Below, piece by piece: positions 61,143 to 64,000 of a stretch of DNA of 64,000 nt (position 1 is its first letter; each line of letters opens with the position of its first letter). The notes beneath the pieces were generated by a model. It was given only the letters and a program-made list of their open reading frames with translations. It was not told where the DNA came from and made no database searches. A program made the position numbers and the translations under genes. Origin of the DNA: an uncultured bacterium (lineage in GTDB: Bacteria; Patescibacteriota; JACMRA01); the NCBI GenBank assembly GCA_963784355.1, contig CAWAQU010000007.1, forward strand, positions 64,001 through 128,000, given 5' to 3'.

Positions 61143-61457
61143 ATGACTGATATTTCCTCCACTAGAAAAAAAATTATTGAGCTTTTGAAGACTATTTACG
61201 ATCCGGAAATTTTTGTGAATATTTGGGATTTGGGTTTGGTATATGCAGTGGATGTGGATGACCAAGGCAACGTTGTAGTAATTATGACCCTTACTTCGCC
61301 AAACTGTCCGGTTATAGATATTCTGCCTAATCAAATTGAAGAAACTGTAGGGGCTTTAGAAGAAGTTGCTGAAGCTAGTGTGCAATTAATTTGGGATCCA
61401 CCTTGGGATAAAAGTATGATGTCTGAGGAAGCTAAATTAGATTTGGGATGGATGTAA
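61143..61457 (+). CDS. sufT: DUF59/SufT Fe-S cluster assembly protein
   Basis: YDPEIFVNIWDLGLVY, MTLTSPNCP, WDPPW..MMSEEAKL.LG. Confidence 0.9.
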   Translation: MTDISSTRKKIIELLKTIYDPEIFVNIWDLGLVYAVDVDDQGNVVVIMTLTSPNCPVIDILPNQIEETVGALEEVAEASVQLIWDPPWDKSMMSEEAKLDLGWM

Positions 61458-61480
61458 TTTAAACTATACAAATCAAAATC

Positions 61481-61505
61481 AACCCCCAACCAGGGGGCTA
61501 TTTTC
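61481..61505. terminator. Terminator between convergent genes
   Basis: CCCCC-aacca-GGGGG hairpin followed by TATTTT. Confidence 0.55.
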
Positions 61506-61714
61506 TTGTTTCTGTACTCTGTATTCCTGTAATGTTCCGTATATTCTGTACATTACCTTATCCACAACTCTCTCTACCTTGTTAACAACTACTTGCAAAT
61601 TTTTGCATCGTTAAATGTTGTGCCAGATATGTCCTACTCCACCCCCCACCTGTAAATATACTGTAAATATTATACTATTACCTCCTTCTTAACTTACTCC
61701 AATCCCATATCCTT

Positions 61715-64000
61715 TTACCCAATCTCCACCTGCAACCCAGTAGCAGTAACAGTATAGGTGCCTTGAGGTAAATCAGTAAACTGGAACTTACCATCAACTG
61801 CTGTACTTGCTTGTCTATTTATTGTAATACCATTAGGCCCTGTACCGGATAGATTAACTTGTACACCACCTATTGGCTCATCGTTATCTTCTAAAGTATA
61901 TATATCCTCATCAAGTCCTGAAATATCAAAACTACCATTATTTTCCTTATCCCTAAATACTTTTCCTGTTATGGAAGAGTTGGAAGTGAGTACCGGAGTA
62001 AACTGGAAGAAGTTGATTGTTGATTTTTGATATATACTTGTATTTGTGATAGTTAGAGTTACCTCACTAACTGAACCTAAGTTGACAGTGGTTGGATCTT
62101 CTCTTTCTCCAGACCTACTTTTAGTTGTATTTGTGTTTAGTTTGCCGGTTAAGTTGTTGAGCTTTTTAATTATGTAAGTACCAGGTTCTAAATATGGGCC
62201 TGTATCAAAGTTACCAATAGTACTGTAAACTACTTCACCATTTTGTTTCTTAACTTCAAAGTTACAACCAGCTACCGGCCCATCAGCTGGGTTGTTGGGA
62301 TAAGTACTAAGCTGTCCGTCACCATTTTTATCATCAATACACTGCCCCTTTAATTTATTAGTATACACATAAATCAGATTATTTGTGATAACTGTACTAT
62401 TATCTATATTGACACCAGCTTTAACTATATCAGCATCGCTGTAGTCTACACCTCCAATCATAGTTGTACCCCATACCCACTTTTCACTAAGTATTTTCTT
62501 ACATTTAATTGTAGTTAAACACTGATCAACTACACCGGAAGCGTACTGAATTGGTATAATAGCGTTAGGAATAGGATTACTCTCCCCCTCGCCATCACTA
62601 AACTTATGCAATTTGTAATTACCAGTTGGCAGTCCTGTAATTTCGTAGTCTCCGCTTGAGTTTGCTGTAGCTGTGTAGGTACCAAGAGGCCCTACCACAG
62701 AAACTACCGTACCTGCAAGTACCGTTTCCCCAGTATTATATTCATTCTCACCTTGCTCGTCGCGTTGGTTGATAAATACTTTACCCTTAATAATATTGTT
62801 AGTGAAAGGACTAAATGGATAGTTCTTTGCTAAATTTTCACTAGCCAAAATACCTATAGGATCAGGGTTAGATAAACCGCCGCCTAAGGTAATTCCGGAT
62901 GGAATATTGTTAATACTAACTGAGTAATTTCCCGGCATCAAATTTCCAATTCCGGTTTGACCGCAACATGGATTTGGGCCAACGTTTGTAGCTACTACAG
63001 AGTTATCAGCTGTAGTTAAAGGATCACCTGTATAAGTCAGGGTAAATCTTATTGGGCCACCTTTTTCAGTTGCTAATTCAGACTCATCCCAGATACCATT
63101 GGCAATTGTGTCATGAAAGGCTCCTATAGTAAAGACTGCATTGTAGTCATAAGTAAAGTCTTGAGTAGTGTTGGTGTCTTGGTATACATATGTCCCTTCA
63201 GCAATGCACATTAAACAAGTTGTGCCACTTGGCGCCACGTCAGCAACTTGTACTCTGTAATATCCTTCAGCAAGGCCTGGGAAGTTGTACTCACCGTTTT
63301 GATTAGTATTTTGGGTAGCAATAAGTATATTATGCATATACAGCTGAATAATTTTTCCACTATATAGCTGTTCATTATCAAAAACAGTTGCCGGATTATT
63401 ATCTAAACCATTTGCTTCATAATCAGTGCTGCCTCTGTTTAAATATACTTTTCCACTTATGCTACTATTGTTTGTTGGGATAAAGCCGTAAGTAAGACTA
63501 AAGTTTTTAGTGATGTTATCAACTGTGAATTGTTTAGTAAGCTCGCTACCGGATAGTGGTGGATAAGGAGACTGCACTTGGGTAAATTCAACTTTGTAAT
63601 CTTTATTAGGAAGTCTTTTGAATATGAGTGTAGCTGGGTCTGTATAATCTGTTTGTGAGCTTACATTACCCAGAATATTCCCAGTAACTGCATCTTTAAA
63701 GACATAGACTCCTGTAGTGATTATAGTTTGATCTCTTCTACCATTGCTTTCATCTCCGTCTTGTTGATTGTTATGATTTTGGTCGATATACAACTGATTG
63801 CCTACATTACCGGTGTATCCAACAGCAAAGTCTCTATTTCTACTATCTACATTAGTTCCAGGAGTGATAGAACCATAATCTCCTCTATTGCGTAAGTTAT
63901 TAAAGAAATACCAACCTTTGTCTCCAAGGTAACTATTACACACAGTACTAGGTAAGCCCGTTAAACTTCCTTCTTCAGGTAAAGTTGTGATTTTAACTAC
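61715..64000 (-). CDS. SdrD-B/CnaB-like repeat surface protein, 5' end beyond the window
   Basis: Repeated ISGKVY/IKGKVF/ITGKVF...GxYxFxxLPxGxY units; frame stays open to 64000. Confidence 0.8.
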   Translation of the reverse strand, partial: VVKITTLPEEGSLTGLPSTVCNSYLGDKGWYFFNNLRNRGDYGSITPGTNVDSRNRDFAVGYTGNVGNQLYIDQNHNNQQDGDESNGRRDQTIITTGVYVFKDAVTGNILGNVSSQTDYTDPATLIFKRLPNKDYKVEFTQVQSPYPPLSGSELTKQFTVDNITKNFSLTYGFIPTNNSSISGKVYLNRGSTDYEANGLDNNPATVFDNEQLYSGKIIQLYMHNILIATQNTNQNGEYNFPGLAEGYYRVQVADVAPSGTTCLMCIAEGTYVYQDTNTTQDFTYDYNAVFTIGAFHDTIANGIWDESELATEKGGPIRFTLTYTGDPLTTADNSVVATNVGPNPCCGQTGIGNLMPGNYSVSINNIPSGITLGGGLSNPDPIGILASENLAKNYPFSPFTNNIIKGKVFINQRDEQGENEYNTGETVLAGTVVSVVGPLGTYTATANSSGDYEITGLPTGNYKLHKFSDGEGESNPIPNAIIPIQYASGVVDQCLTTIKCKKILSEKWVWGTTMIGGVDYSDADIVKAGVNIDNSTVITNNLIYVYTNKLKGQCIDDKNGDGQLSTYPNNPADGPVAGCNFEVKKQNGEVVYSTIGNFDTGPYLEPGTYIIKKLNNLTGKLNTNTTKSRSGEREDPTTVNLGSVSEVTLTITNTSIYQKSTINFFQFTPVLTSNSSITGKVFRDKENNGSFDISGLDEDIYTLEDNDEPIGGVQVNLSGTGPNGITINRQASTAVDGKFQFTDLPQGTYTVTATGLQVEIG

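Noticed and set aside
61558-61566. Replication origin (oriC)
   Set aside because: Only one perfect DnaA box, and no dnaA or dnaN in view.
1-64000. CRISPR array, DGR, retron or IS element
   Set aside because: No repeat-spacer array, reverse transcriptase or transposase motifs were seen.
1-64000. UGA recoding (genetic code 25)
   Set aside because: Conserved genes are full length under code 11, and TGA ends the ORF at 36022.

Overview
AT-rich bacterial chromosome segment read with genetic code 11. Gene content and style suggest a Patescibacteria/CPR-like genome (inference): divergent housekeeping genes, many orphans, large surface proteins, mostly leaderless or short-leader genes. Recognisable genes: ileS, murG, ftsW, mnmA, rnhB, mltG, lemA, rpsO, dnaX, uvrA, pnp, glyA, a short polA, galU, a GH13 phosphorylase, sufS/sufE/sufT, mscS, an ABC-F, a PAS-GGDEF-EAL protein, an OLD-like ATPase-TOPRIM, tRNA-Trp, and two large genes cut by the window edges (alpha-2-macroglobulin-like; SdrD-B repeat). 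I saw no CRISPR array, integrase or transposase. Most unusual: (1) a 785-aa fusion of apparently inactive ribonucleotide-reductase, Nudix and TSCPD domains; (2) three stand-alone small-ORF cassettes sharing a promoter / SD / ORF / anti-SD / terminator layout, two of them missing from the ORF track; (3) a ligA that stops inside its adenylation domain; (4) a run of genes (ileS, M16 peptidase, ATL, murG) each lacking a conserved motif His; (5) a small structured leader RNA ahead of an orphan gene. All family calls come from reading motifs by eye, not from database searches.
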